Assembly (NCBI GenBank): GCA_965231085.1
Contig: OZ246413.1
Coordinates: 475,234 to 539,233, forward strand
From: an uncultured Candidatus Saccharibacteria bacterium
GTDB taxonomy: Bacteria; Patescibacteriota; Saccharimonadia; Saccharimonadales; UBA10212
Direction: 5' to 3'
Length of the DNA: 64,000 nucleotides
Made by a program: the position numbers and the translations under genes
Notes under the pieces: generated by a model
Databases searched by the model: none
The model's input: only the letters and a program-made list of their open reading frames with translations
What the model was told of the DNA's origin: nothing
Shown: piece by piece, positions 1-11,136 of the stretch
Position numbering within the stretch: position 1 is the first letter of the stretch
Layout: each line of letters starts with the position of its first letter

Positions 1-834
1 TGGGCAAGCTCCATGAGGGCTATTAAAACTAAAGGTCCTAGGCTCCAGCTCAGGGATAGCTACGTTGGGGTGGTCAACACAAGCGTACTTTAAGCTATAC
101 AGTTTGTCTGACTTCGTATCATCATTATTTATAACTGCCAATCCTTCAGCAATATCAAAAGCCTGCTCAACGCTCTGCGCCAAGCGGCCACGACTATCTT
201 CGTTGTTAACTAACCTATCAACAACAATCTCAATTTTATGTTTATAATTCTTATCGAGTACTGGAAATTCATCTAAAGAATAAACCACGCCGTCCACACG
301 AGCACGAGCGAACCCAGCGCGCATAAATTGTTCCGGGACATGTTCAAATGCGCCTTTTTTATCAATAACAACTGGTGCTAGAATCATCAATCTAGCCCCC
401 GGAGAATCAGCTACAATATTTTCGATAACATTCTGAACTGTCTGGCGCGCAACTTCCTTGCCGCAAACCGGACAATGCGGGATACCAGTTCGGGCAAAAA
501 GCAATCTCAAATAATCATAGATTTCCGTGACTGTCGCAACCGTACTTCTTGGGTTGCGGCTGGTGGATTTTTGATCAATACTGATGGCTGGGCTTAGCCC
601 ATCAATTTGATCAACATCTGGCTTTTCCATTAGCCCCAAGAATTGCCTAGCGTAGGCACTTAGTGACTCAACGTATCTTCGCTGGCCCTCGGCATAAATA
701 GTATCAAAAGCCAGTGATGACTTGCCCGAGCCCGACAATCCAGTTATAACAACTAGCTTCCCTCTTGGGATATCTAGGCTAATATTTTTGAGGTTGTGCT
801 CCCTGGCTCCCTTAACAGATATATACTCATTCAT
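1..834 (-). CDS. uvrA: UvrABC excinuclease subunit A, N-terminal ~278 aa (rest of gene lies beyond the left edge)
   Basis: Own minus-strand translation from ATG at 834: [67 protein letters not shown]...HCPVCG. Walker A GLSGSGKS and a CxxC zinc-finger motif are typical of UvrA. Absent from the ORF track because it is open at the edge. Confidence 0.9.
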   Translation of the reverse strand, partial: MNEYISVKGAREHNLKNISLDIPRGKLVVITGLSGSGKSSLAFDTIYAEGQRRYVESLSAYARQFLGLMEKPDVDQIDGLSPAISIDQKSTSRNPRSTVATVTEIYDYLRLLFARTGIPHCPVCGKEVARQTVQNVIENIVADSPGARLMILAPVVIDKKGAFEHVPEQFMRAGFARARVDGVVYSLDEFPVLDKNYKHKIEIVVDRLVNNEDSRGRLAQSVEQAFDIAEGLAVINNDDTKSDKLYSLKYACVDHPNVAIPELEPRTFSFNSPHGACP

Positions 835-990
835 CTAGTCGGTAGATTATACACAAAAATTGGAAGTTTTTCTAGAGTCGGTAAAGTATAATCTGCTTTT
901 AATAATTTTGTTGGCTTTTTAGTCAATTTAGTTGTACTATTTATTTTAAAGCGTAATAAGCAGAGGGCCCGCCAAAATTTTTTAAGAATT

Positions 991-1260
991 TTGTCGGGTA
1001 AATCATATATGTTTGATTTTTTATTGGTTTTGGGCCAGGTCCCTGGTACAAATTTTCAACTCACATTTAACGAGCTGGTTTTTGTTTGCTTTGTTTTATT
1101 ATTGATCGCTCTTTATCGATCATATAAGAACTCCCAAAAACAAATGTTTGATAGTAAGGCCTTTAAGCGCTGGGTAAAATTGACTCACCCCAAAGCTGTA
1201 ACTCCTGCAGTAAATAACGTTCTTCTGCATTTGAGCCAACGCTGGCCAATAGTTCGTTAA
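991..1260 (+). CDS. possible small membrane protein (uncertain)
   Basis: 89-aa ORF (TTG start; in-frame ATG at 1009) with one hydrophobic helix, FVCFVLLLIALY. The last ~100 nt overlap the convergent sbcB 3' end, so it may be spurious. Confidence 0.25.
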   Translation: MSGKSYMFDFLLVLGQVPGTNFQLTFNELVFVCFVLLLIALYRSYKNSQKQMFDSKAFKRWVKLTHPKAVTPAVNNVLLHLSQRWPIVR

Positions 1261-2572
1261 GTCGTCCAAAATATTCTTCGGCTTTTCGTGATAATTTAGC
1301 GGTTTTGTATTTTTCCCATAATTGCTGCTCCTCCTCGTTCAGGCTTTTTGGGAAATTCCTGGCTTTATATAATGGCAGTAAAAATTTTAGCCGATCATCC
1401 ACAAAATCTATACTCAGGTCTGCTAGTTTATCTTCATCCGCCGCTCGAATGACTCGTTGCTTAACTTTGTCGCTATCATTTATAAAACCGGCGTAAAGTA
1501 AACCATCTACATTGAGTTCATCAACCACGAGTTCTTCTTGATATGGTTTCTGTTTTATAGCTAGTGCTTCTATTAATTTATCTCCAAAATCTTCAATCCT
1601 ACGGAGTTTCTCTAGGTGATTATTAATAATTTTTTTGTGAAGTTTTAACCTTTTTTCGCTAGCTTCGTCTAGCACGCTCAGAGGAGCAAGCGCCGGACAG
1701 CGATTATAGGCTAATACCTTTACCGGAAAGTAGGGGGCGTCCGGGCCCCTAGCCTGCCATTTATGCGCCAGTTCGGCTGGGCTCAAATCTCTAAATTCAT
1801 CCGGATCTAACCGCAAGTCATACATTAATGAAGCACCACGCTCTGGCTGCCTAGTCACCATCACAGCAATAGTCGTCTTCTCAAAATCTGCCGGATATCT
1901 GCCGCTAGTGTACAGCAGTGGTTCTTGTGAATTTACTAGCGCCGCTACTTTTGTTTTGTCGCGTAAGTTTAGTAGGTACTCAAATAATTTTGGCTGTTTT
2001 TTCTTAATAAGCCTAGCTAGTTCAATAGTAGCCCTAACATCACTAAGGGCATCGTGAGCGTCGTCGTGACTTAGTTTATTTACGGAAGTTATGAGCTCAA
2101 GCTTGTTGCTTGGCTTGCCATCCGGAGCAAAAGGCCACTTTATACCACCCGGGCGCAACGCTCGAGTCATCCTGGTTACATCTAGTAAGTCCCAGGTGCT
2201 AGTGCCATTCTTCCAGGACCATTCATAAGCGTCATAAAAATTGCGCCACAATGTAAAACGAATAAAGTCGTTATCAAAACGCAAATTATTATAACCAACA
2301 AATATAGTACCTTCTGCCGCCAGCTCGTCCATGAAATATTTACAAAAAGCTGCTTCCGTTATTCCTTCGCTTAATGTTTGCTGTGGCGTTATACCGGTAA
2401 CGAGTATCGCTTCGGGGCTGGGCAAGATATCACTTGTGAGCTTTATTAATATATTATCCGGCTCGCCAATCGGCTTAAGATTCAAGTCTGTACGTTGTCC
2501 AGCAAACTGCATGATATGATCATCTCTTGGGCTAAACCCACTAGTTTCTAGATCATAAAAGTAGAAAGTCAT
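1163..2572 (-). CDS. sbcB: exodeoxyribonuclease I-like DEDDh exonuclease
   Basis: 469 aa. N-terminal exonuclease motifs FYDLETSG, VGYNNLRFD and HDALSDV, followed by a long SbcB-type C-terminal domain. Confidence 0.8.
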   Translation of the reverse strand: MTFYFYDLETSGFSPRDDHIMQFAGQRTDLNLKPIGEPDNILIKLTSDILPSPEAILVTGITPQQTLSEGITEAAFCKYFMDELAAEGTIFVGYNNLRFDNDFIRFTLWRNFYDAYEWSWKNGTSTWDLLDVTRMTRALRPGGIKWPFAPDGKPSNKLELITSVNKLSHDDAHDALSDVRATIELARLIKKKQPKLFEYLLNLRDKTKVAALVNSQEPLLYTSGRYPADFEKTTIAVMVTRQPERGASLMYDLRLDPDEFRDLSPAELAHKWQARGPDAPYFPVKVLAYNRCPALAPLSVLDEASEKRLKLHKKIINNHLEKLRRIEDFGDKLIEALAIKQKPYQEELVVDELNVDGLLYAGFINDSDKVKQRVIRAADEDKLADLSIDFVDDRLKFLLPLYKARNFPKSLNEEEQQLWEKYKTAKLSRKAEEYFGRLNELLASVGSNAEERYLLQELQLWGESILPSA

Positions 2573-2583
2573 AGTCTATTTTC

Positions 2584-4054
<1,471 letters not shown>

Positions 4055-4081
4055 TACACCTTATAGTATAGGTGAATACAG

Positions 4082-5179
4082 CTAATATATGTACTTATAT
4101 CTGCCGACGTTTTCAGCGGCAACGATTTTATAGTCTATCCGACCCCAGCCGCCAGCCGGAGTATCGTTAGACATACTAACCTGACCATGTGAGTTCATTT
4201 CCGATATCCAATAGCTACCATCGTCGTTAATTCTTTCAACAACAGCTACATGGTTACCTGGTTCGTTAACCATCACCGCTCCGACTCTTGGGCTAAAACC
4301 GGTAGGTAGGCCTACGCTAATAGCGGCTCGATACCAAGTGGTTGCATTACCCAAGTTGCTTGGCACCGGATTGCCTAATTCGGCCCGGCGGTTTGAAACA
4401 TACCAAGTACACCAGCCATAATCATAGCCGTTTGATCCGTAGACAGCCGATAACCCAAAAAAACTACCGCTGTAGTAGCTAACTGTATAAACTGGAGCCG
4501 GCTGTTTACCATTAGGAATAATTATCTGTTCTCCGACCTGCAAACCGCTGATCTCCGCGTCATTGTAAGTAATTATTTGATCTTGGTCGGCTTTATATTT
4601 TGTTGCCAAACTGGCCGGAGTATCGCCAGATTTAACCGTATAAACTATTCCATTAATTGGTGGGATCGATAAGTTTACGCCAGCCCCTAGTGCATTACCG
4701 GTTAGGTTATTGGACCAACGAATACTATCGGAGCTAACTCCGTATTTTGAGCTTAGGGCATCAACAGTATCGCCCGCCACTGTTGTGTAATGGATTATGT
4801 CTTTTTTGGATTTTTGAGCAGTTGCCACAATTTGTGGTTTGGCAAGCACAGTCGAATCATTTGGCACAACCGACAACAGCAAGCTATCTGAGTCGGCTTG
4901 GTTGCGAACGGCTGTAAGTTCTGGCAGGCCTGTCATTTGGGCGGCGGCAAAGGCAATCTGTGACGACGAAAGTTGGTCTATAGGATTGGTTACCGATGAA
5001 GCGGCAGTTGTTACGCTATTTACCGTATTGGATCTGATTGTCTGGCTGGCTGAACGATTTGCTACAACAAAAACTCCTATTGCAATTAATAGCAAGATGT
5101 TGCCAGCAACGATAGCTCTCCTAATTAGTTTTTTCTTGGTTTTCTTCGTAAGTCTAGTGTCCACAGAGGGCATGCTCAA
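4082..5179 (-). CDS. LysM-repeat / CHAP-domain peptidoglycan hydrolase
   Basis: N-terminal TM anchor, two LysM-like repeats (YTTVAGDTVDALSSKYGVS, YTVKSGDTPASLATKYKAD) and a C-terminal CHAP-like segment (GWCTWYVSNRR...GNHVAVVERI). Confidence 0.85.
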   Translation of the reverse strand: MSMPSVDTRLTKKTKKKLIRRAIVAGNILLLIAIGVFVVANRSASQTIRSNTVNSVTTAASSVTNPIDQLSSSQIAFAAAQMTGLPELTAVRNQADSDSLLLSVVPNDSTVLAKPQIVATAQKSKKDIIHYTTVAGDTVDALSSKYGVSSDSIRWSNNLTGNALGAGVNLSIPPINGIVYTVKSGDTPASLATKYKADQDQIITYNDAEISGLQVGEQIIIPNGKQPAPVYTVSYYSGSFFGLSAVYGSNGYDYGWCTWYVSNRRAELGNPVPSNLGNATTWYRAAISVGLPTGFSPRVGAVMVNEPGNHVAVVERINDDGSYWISEMNSHGQVSMSNDTPAGGWGRIDYKIVAAENVGRYKYIY

Positions 5180-5309
5180 ATTAGACCCAAGAGATTGAAC
5201 CTTAGAAAAATTGACCCGCTTTATATCGAACTTACGAATGTATCTACTCCTTGAGGTGGTAACTTAACTTCAGAAGACCTCATTATTAGTACCATTAGAT
5301 TATATCAAA

Positions 5310-6365
5310 TTACTGGGACAGAGCGCAGTTCTTACAGTGCTGGGAGATTGCCTGATTGTGCTCGGCTTGGGTTCGTGAAAAGTACATTTTGCCATCATCG
5401 CCAGCTATAAAATATAGGTAATCTGTGGTGTCAGGATGAGCCACAGCCTTTAAGGCGTTGTCGGTAACATTGCTGATTGGTCCTGGAGGCAAACCCTTTA
5501 TCAGATAAGTATTGTAGGGCGAGTCTATAGTAACGTCCCTAGTTTTACCAGCAATATCTGCCGCATAATTAGCAGTTACGTTAGACTGCAACATCATCCC
5601 AATAGAAAGTCTGGATAAAAAGACCTGCGCCACGGTTGGCATATAGGTTGTATCGCCCGTTTCTTGATAAACAATCGAAGTTAAGATAATTCCCTGATAC
5701 GGGCTAAGGCCATGATTCGCAAAATCTGCGATTATATCTGCACTTAGGTGCTTCTCCATCTCGTCTAGAGACTCTCTAACGATTGTCTCCGCCGACGTTT
5801 CAGTAGTTTTCTGAAAGGAATCTGGGTACAAAAAACCTTCTAGGCTGGCGCCCTTTGGTAGGTACTTGAGTACGGGGTGACCAAGATAATTACTAGCGTT
5901 AAAAGCTCTGTCTATTTGTGCGGCTGTATAGCCAGCTTTTGAGAAAGCTTCTTTTATCTCATCAATCCGCTTGCCCGGCAGTATTGTTAGCAAGTTTTTG
6001 GCTACGTCGCCGCTAATCATTTTGGCCACGATTTGCTGAACACTCATAGATGGGCTGATGATATAAGTCCCAGCTTGTAATTTTTCATTAAGTTCGTTGG
6101 TTCTAAGATAATTTTTAAACGCACTCGAGCTTTTTATGAGCCCGGCGTTTTTTAGCCCACTAGCTATTTTATCAACGCTCATTCCGCTACTTACCGTAAA
6201 GTAGGTGGTAGTCGTAGAACTAGATACTGGTTTTAGGCTATTTATATAGACTGTTCTAACCATAAAAGTGCCAATGATTAAAACAATTATTGAAATTATA
6301 AGAAGCGTCGGTAAGTGTTTGAGCCTGCCAATCAGTCTGGTTAATAGTTTCTTCTTTTTTGCCAT
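5310..6365 (-). CDS. mltG: endolytic murein transglycosylase MltG (YceG family)
   Basis: N-terminal TM helix then a YceG-like domain (PYNTYLIKGLPPGPISN, YLYFIAGDDGKMYFSRT). The ATG at 6365 abuts the ruvX stop; the track ORF is extended to 6443. Confidence 0.85.
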   Translation of the reverse strand: MAKKKKLLTRLIGRLKHLPTLLIISIIVLIIGTFMVRTVYINSLKPVSSSTTTTYFTVSSGMSVDKIASGLKNAGLIKSSSAFKNYLRTNELNEKLQAGTYIISPSMSVQQIVAKMISGDVAKNLLTILPGKRIDEIKEAFSKAGYTAAQIDRAFNASNYLGHPVLKYLPKGASLEGFLYPDSFQKTTETSAETIVRESLDEMEKHLSADIIADFANHGLSPYQGIILTSIVYQETGDTTYMPTVAQVFLSRLSIGMMLQSNVTANYAADIAGKTRDVTIDSPYNTYLIKGLPPGPISNVTDNALKAVAHPDTTDYLYFIAGDDGKMYFSRTQAEHNQAISQHCKNCALSQ

Positions 6366-6366
6366 G

Positions 6367-6810
6367 TTACCAAATAGTCCTTTCTGATTCAGGTGAATCA
6401 AGGAAGTCTTGCAAAATAATACTGGCTGCCAGTGCATCGACATCGTGCTTAAGATCTTGTTCTATCTTTTTAGCTTCGGCCAACTTGGTTGTTAAAGCCT
6501 CGTCTTGAATGTAGATCGGTATTTTAATCTTAGGCTTAGCTTCTGCTACCCAATCACGCACCCAGGTTGTTTGCTGAGTATCCTCCCCATCTAGATTTCT
6601 TGGTAAACCAACAACCAGGCCAGCTATCTGGCTATCATTAATCATACCTAGCGCTTTGTTGAGTGCTTGGTCAGTTGGAACAGTAAATAGTGGTTCGGCA
6701 ATTTTGGCTAAATCAGATCCTCTGGCAAAGCCAGTCCGGGAAACACCAACATCGAGTGCCAAATATTCGTTATTGGCCACTGCTTGATCCTGCGACATGA
6801 GTGATAACAA
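6367..6810 (-). CDS. ruvX: putative pre-16S rRNA nuclease / Holliday junction resolvase-like YqgF
   Basis: YqgF motifs LALDVGVSRTGFA and GLVVGLPRNLDGEDT. The true start may be the internal M at 6798. Confidence 0.8.
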   Translation of the reverse strand: MLSLMSQDQAVANNEYLALDVGVSRTGFARGSDLAKIAEPLFTVPTDQALNKALGMINDSQIAGLVVGLPRNLDGEDTQQTTWVRDWVAEAKPKIKIPIYIQDEALTTKLAEAKKIEQDLKHDVDALAASIILQDFLDSPESERTIW

Positions 6811-8485
6811 CTTTAATCTTATTTACATTCTTTGGCACTTTAGAAACCCAGAATGGGCTGTATTTAACATCGACGGCCTTAACCCCCGTTATATTGCCAA
6901 TAATTATTTGAATATCGCCTTTTTTAAGGCCTTTTACTTGGTTTTTTACGGAGTTAGAGTCAAGCACTGGCACAGCTTTTGTATCTTCAGTAATGTTAAG
7001 CGTTGCGGCTGTATCTGAAGTTTGGTTAGACAGAGACACAGTTGCGCCAGCAAGCAAGTCGCTATCTTCGACTTTTTGTTTGGTTTTGTCTATCTGGCTG
7101 GCCAGAGCATTATTAATTGCTGCTTTTAAGTCATCCTTCTTTACGACTAATACACTAAATGTAATCTTAACGGTAACCGTAGCAGTTGCACCGGGCTGAC
7201 CAACCGCTGGACTAGCTGATGTTTGCGGATCGCCTTGCCTAAAAGTTGAAGCTAGAACATAAAACCCTTGCTCTCCAAGCTGAGCTTGAAAAGTCTTACC
7301 AAAAGCGTCGCTACTAGTAGTGCTAACTTTGGCCTTGGCGCCGTCTAGGTCGGCTTGCGAAACCGTTGGCTGAATATTGTCTGTGCCCCCCGATGTTGCT
7401 TTGGACGAGTTAGCCGTCACCCCACTTCGGTTAGCAACCGTAAAAGTGGCTGGTCCGATATTGAACTTTGTGCCGCCACTAATTGCAACGATATCGGATG
7501 CACTGGTCGATTGGAAAGTACATTTACCCCCGGATACCACTGGCGAAAATGTTAAGCTTTGCTGGGTTATAAAAGTTAGTCCGGCGCTAGTTATCCCGCT
7601 GCCGGCGGGGACGTCACTTGGTACCGTACCACTACAATCTCCGGCTGTCATAGTTACTGAGCCCTTGGCTTTATCACCATTATTTAATTGGCCCGTAGTT
7701 TGTACTTGCTGGGTTAAAGTCTGGTCGGAAGTTTTTAAAACAGCTGGGATAATGTTGCCTTTTAGATCTACGGTTTTAGCCTGATCTGAAGTAGTCATAG
7801 TAAAATTCGCCGTAACTGGTGTGCTGATAGTTTGTATGCTAATCGTCGCCTTTGGCAACACCGATACAGCTAGATATATAAAGACAATCAACCCAATAAT
7901 GGCTATCAAGCCTAGGCCTAGGGATATTCTGAATTTATCAAAATTTGGTACTTTAATTTTTGATCCTCCGGGAATTTTACTTAACTTAGATTCCTTAACT
8001 TCTGCCGTGGCTTCGTCTTGCAGCTCAACAATGTCCTTTTCCTCTTCCAACTCATCGGCTAGATCACCGATTGGTTGGTCGTAGTTAATTTTAATTGGCA
8101 AATCCTCATCTTCAAGTTCTGGGCTACTATCTTGTGTTAGTTCTTCGGTTTTAGATTCTTCTTCGGCAAGCCTGGGGGCTGGCGGAATTTCAGGCTTGGT
8201 CTGTAAATTCTTGGCTACATGAATACTCACAGCTCCGGCCAAAGGTAAAAGCGCGCTCTCGGCAGTTATCAAAACAACGTTCTTGTTGGCATTTTCGCTG
8301 CTTCTTTTTAGTAGCCGCATGTTTACTATGCTCTGTAGGGCGGTTGAGCGTTTTGGTAATACCAGAGCCACCACTTTTTCTTTAGCATTTTCAACCTTAT
8401 CGATAATTGAGGTTATCTCATCATCGACATCAATATAAATCGTGTCTTTGCCAGGTTTAGCTGGAGTTTTGGAATCTATTTTCAT
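6770..8485 (-). CDS. large membrane-anchored protein of unknown function in the ftsA-ruvX-mltG cluster
   Basis: 571 aa: acidic N-terminal region, one TM helix (ISLGLGLIAIIGLIVFIYLAV), then a Thr/Ser/Gly-rich C-terminal domain. Translationally coupled to ftsA (4-nt overlap at 8482-8485). Confidence 0.6.
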   Translation of the reverse strand: MKIDSKTPAKPGKDTIYIDVDDEITSIIDKVENAKEKVVALVLPKRSTALQSIVNMRLLKRSSENANKNVVLITAESALLPLAGAVSIHVAKNLQTKPEIPPAPRLAEEESKTEELTQDSSPELEDEDLPIKINYDQPIGDLADELEEEKDIVELQDEATAEVKESKLSKIPGGSKIKVPNFDKFRISLGLGLIAIIGLIVFIYLAVSVLPKATISIQTISTPVTANFTMTTSDQAKTVDLKGNIIPAVLKTSDQTLTQQVQTTGQLNNGDKAKGSVTMTAGDCSGTVPSDVPAGSGITSAGLTFITQQSLTFSPVVSGGKCTFQSTSASDIVAISGGTKFNIGPATFTVANRSGVTANSSKATSGGTDNIQPTVSQADLDGAKAKVSTTSSDAFGKTFQAQLGEQGFYVLASTFRQGDPQTSASPAVGQPGATATVTVKITFSVLVVKKDDLKAAINNALASQIDKTKQKVEDSDLLAGATVSLSNQTSDTAATLNITEDTKAVPVLDSNSVKNQVKGLKKGDIQIIIGNITGVKAVDVKYSPFWVSKVPKNVNKIKVVITHVAGSSSGQ

Positions 8486-9798
8486 ACTCTTAATACTTTA
8501 TTAAGTTTATCTCGTAGCCCCAGGTTTTGCGAACCATTTGAATTCAAGGTATCCACACCAACCCGCAGCAAACCCATGGCTGTTATAAAGGTATGGTCTT
8601 TGATATCACCGGTGGTGTCAGAAATACCAACGACCTCTTCGGGTTTGATGTGCTGAATTGTGGGGCGCTTGGTAAACGGCAAATCTCTGTGCCAATCTTC
8701 TTTTTCGAGCTGCTTAACCAACATGGCAAGTGATGAACCGCCGCCGCATAGCAAAAGTCGGTGGGGCAGATGGTCGAGCTTGTTAAATTCACCCAAAGCA
8801 AGTTCAACCCCGCTAGCCCAAACGTTAAGTGTTTTCGCCAAGGCCTTCTCTATAGCAAGAATATTGCCTTGGGCAACTCCACCGTCAGCTAAAGCAAGCT
8901 TGAGTTTTTCAGCTTTTACAAAATCAACATCCAGCTCTCTCTCGATTGAATGCGTAAAAGCTCGGCCACCAATACCAAACATCTTGGTCCCTTCTACGCC
9001 ACCTTCGTTGACTATAGCAATATCAGTTGTGCCACCTCCAACATCCATTAGAATAGCGCTCACCGAGCCATTAGGATCATCGCCCACTACTGATCTTGCC
9101 ACTGCAAACGGTTCAGCTGCTACGGCTAGTAGGTCCAAACTAAGCTCGGTGGCTGTTCTTTCTAGGGCACCAATGTGAATCATCGGTGCAAAGGCAGTGT
9201 ACATCTCAACCATTACGTCTTTACCCTGAAAGCCAACCGGATTAGTGACTTTATAACCATCTATTTCAATTCTTACCAAGGCGCTATTTACCAGTCTTAC
9301 TTCTACGTCCTTGCCTCCTAACTCCCAGGCTAGGTCTCGGCGGGCTTTAGTCTCAGCCCGTTCTTGGACAATGGCGATTATCTTTTCCATCTCGGCTACA
9401 TCAATTTCCTTGTTCGAATTGGTTCGCGTAAAATGCACCATGCTAGTTGTGCCTTTTACTAGTTCACCAGCAATGCCAATCACTACACTTTTGGCCTGTA
9501 TACCAGCTTGTTCTTCGGCTATGGCCAGAGCTTTGTCACAATTTTCTACGACAGCAGCAATATCAGATATTGCCCCCGCCTGCATATCAGCTAACTCCTG
9601 ATGGGCTCGGCCAACCCCTATGATCTCGACATTGTTGCCAACCACTCGGCCAACTAGAGCCTTAACAAATTCGGTACCGATATCTAGGGCTACAATATAC
9701 TCGCCCAAACTCTCCGATTTTTTGCCAACTTGTTTTGGAATTGGCAGTTTAGAAAGCCTGTTTTTTAGCTTGGTTAAATCTTTGGCTTTTTGAAGCAT
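8482..9798 (-). CDS. ftsA: cell division protein FtsA-like actin-fold ATPase
   Basis: Actin/HSP70-fold phosphate motifs ALDIGTEFVKALVG and MDVGGGTTDIAIV. Length 438 aa. Confidence 0.75.
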   Translation of the reverse strand: MLQKAKDLTKLKNRLSKLPIPKQVGKKSESLGEYIVALDIGTEFVKALVGRVVGNNVEIIGVGRAHQELADMQAGAISDIAAVVENCDKALAIAEEQAGIQAKSVVIGIAGELVKGTTSMVHFTRTNSNKEIDVAEMEKIIAIVQERAETKARRDLAWELGGKDVEVRLVNSALVRIEIDGYKVTNPVGFQGKDVMVEMYTAFAPMIHIGALERTATELSLDLLAVAAEPFAVARSVVGDDPNGSVSAILMDVGGGTTDIAIVNEGGVEGTKMFGIGGRAFTHSIERELDVDFVKAEKLKLALADGGVAQGNILAIEKALAKTLNVWASGVELALGEFNKLDHLPHRLLLCGGGSSLAMLVKQLEKEDWHRDLPFTKRPTIQHIKPEEVVGISDTTGDIKDHTFITAMGLLRVGVDTLNSNGSQNLGLRDKLNKVLRV

Positions 9799-9848
9799 AA
9801 TCAGATTGATTATATCATGATAAGTAATCCGCTACATCTGTTAGAATG

Positions 9849-9877
9849 TTGACGTTTGTGTGTTTTAGTATTATAAT
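9849..9877 (+). promoter_or_regulatory. near-consensus sigma70-type promoter facing GC-rich cassette A
   Basis: TTGACG (9849-9854), 17-nt spacer, TATAAT (9872-9877) on the plus strand. The only plus-strand gene downstream is the GC-rich ORF at 9948. Confidence 0.45.
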
Positions 9878-9947
9878 ATCAATTCTAGCTGATGTACTTG
9901 GCTAGTGCTTCGCCGCAAAATCTGCGACCCCGTTACCCGACGAAAGG

Positions 9948-10472
9948 ATGTGCCCTGTGCACGCACGCGGCATGGCAGTCTTCGACCCCAACCTGCCGCC
10001 CCACAAGTGCGGCTGGGAGGTCCAGAAGGCCCTCCAGACCCTCGACCTCAAGCCCATGGCAGCATTCGGGTTCGACTCGGCCAAGAAGGTGCTGCTGGTC
10101 GCGCACGTCGTGCGCGTCCCGGCCGAGGAGGTCTGGGCGCTCTACAGCACCCCGGTGTCCTACCACCTGCCCAGCAGGCTGGTGGTCGAGCCGGATGGCC
10201 TGGTGCTCGGGCCGGCCATGATCAGCCCGCTCCAGCAGGAGCCGTGCTTCGGCCTGCTGGAAATCTGGGGGCTCGAGCAGTTCGGCAACCCCGAGGAGCG
10301 GCCCAGCCAGCACCACCTGGTCGAGGTGCTCGAGGCCTACCACCAGATCACCCGGACGATCGGGCACTTCGACAGACGGCTGCCGCAGGACCAGCAGACC
10401 AGGTTCGTCGCCCTCGGGTCGATGATGCCCGACGGCATCCCGCTCGACAAGGGCCAGGCGGCGGTCAGCTAG
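9948..10472 (+). CDS. hypothetical protein, GC-rich cassette A
   Basis: 174-aa frame with almost every codon ending in G/C. AAAGGA lies at 9943-9948 with possible starts at GTG 9957 or ATG 9972. Overlapping ORFs in other frames lack this third-position bias. No family recognised. Confidence 0.7.
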   Translation: MCPVHARGMAVFDPNLPPHKCGWEVQKALQTLDLKPMAAFGFDSAKKVLLVAHVVRVPAEEVWALYSTPVSYHLPSRLVVEPDGLVLGPAMISPLQQEPCFGLLEIWGLEQFGNPEERPSQHHLVEVLEAYHQITRTIGHFDRRLPQDQQTRFVALGSMMPDGIPLDKGQAAVS

Positions 10473-10490
10473 GCCCACGGCCTAGCAAGC

Positions 10491-10549
10491 GGGGGCGCGC
10501 ACGTTCGCGCGCCCCCGCCCCCCAACTAACCCGCAAGGGTTATTTTTTT
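10491..10549 (+). terminator. tandem hairpins ending cassette A
   Basis: GGGGGCGCGC-loop-GCGCGCCCCC (10491-10516), then AACCC-GCAA-GGGTT followed by ATTTTTTT (10528-10549), a canonical intrinsic terminator on the plus strand. Confidence 0.6.
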
Positions 10550-11133
10550 ATACTTATTTTTGTATCTCTGTACAAATAAACAGCCGCTAGAATTGCAACG
10601 TCGCTTAATACTCCATATATCGGACGAACATACAAAACGCTAAGTGGTTTATTAACCAAGGCAAGGCTGCTAAATACATAAGCAATGGTGCCGATTAACC
10701 ATGGATAGGGCGCTTCAGATTTAGGATGTTTCTTTATCTTCAGGACAATCATTGATGTTGCGAAGACGTCTATCAAGACACTAAGCCAAATCGCGACCGA
10801 CGGGTCATTGGTTATGACCCAAGCAACGATGGTTGTAAGGCTTAAGGCCAGCAGGAAAATATCAAATTTTGAGGTATTGCGAGTGCCGTATTTGAATGAA
10901 AGACCGAGGATAACAAGATTACTTATTAAAAAAGTTAGCGAAATAAGAACCGATGCCCTTGCGCCCTTGGCGTACTGCGAAACAGTCACGATGCTATTCA
11001 TGATTGCAAATATAAACCAGCTAAATTGGTGTGGCTTTGTTCGACCAGATAAAATTGAGCGAATGTAGGGTATGGTGCAATAAATAGCCAAGATTACAGA
11101 TAGTAATCCGCAGAGATATACAAAAATATTCAT
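10540..11133 (-). CDS. polytopic membrane protein, family uncertain
   Basis: 197 aa, about six hydrophobic helices. The N-terminal segment IPYIRSILSGRTKPHQFSW is faintly PQ-loop-like. Confidence 0.55.
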   Translation of the reverse strand: MNIFVYLCGLLSVILAIYCTIPYIRSILSGRTKPHQFSWFIFAIMNSIVTVSQYAKGARASVLISLTFLISNLVILGLSFKYGTRNTSKFDIFLLALSLTTIVAWVITNDPSVAIWLSVLIDVFATSMIVLKIKKHPKSEAPYPWLIGTIAYVFSSLALVNKPLSVLYVRPIYGVLSDVAILAAVYLYRDTKISIKK

Positions 11134-11136
11134 GGT

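Noticed and set aside
9892-10579. Three further long ORFs overlapping cassette A (9892-10221 +, 9905-10579 +, 9933-10478 -).
   Set aside because: High-GC DNA lacks stop codons in all frames. Only the 9948 frame shows consistent G/C at third codon positions and a protein-like composition. The others are Arg/Pro/Gly-rich artefacts.
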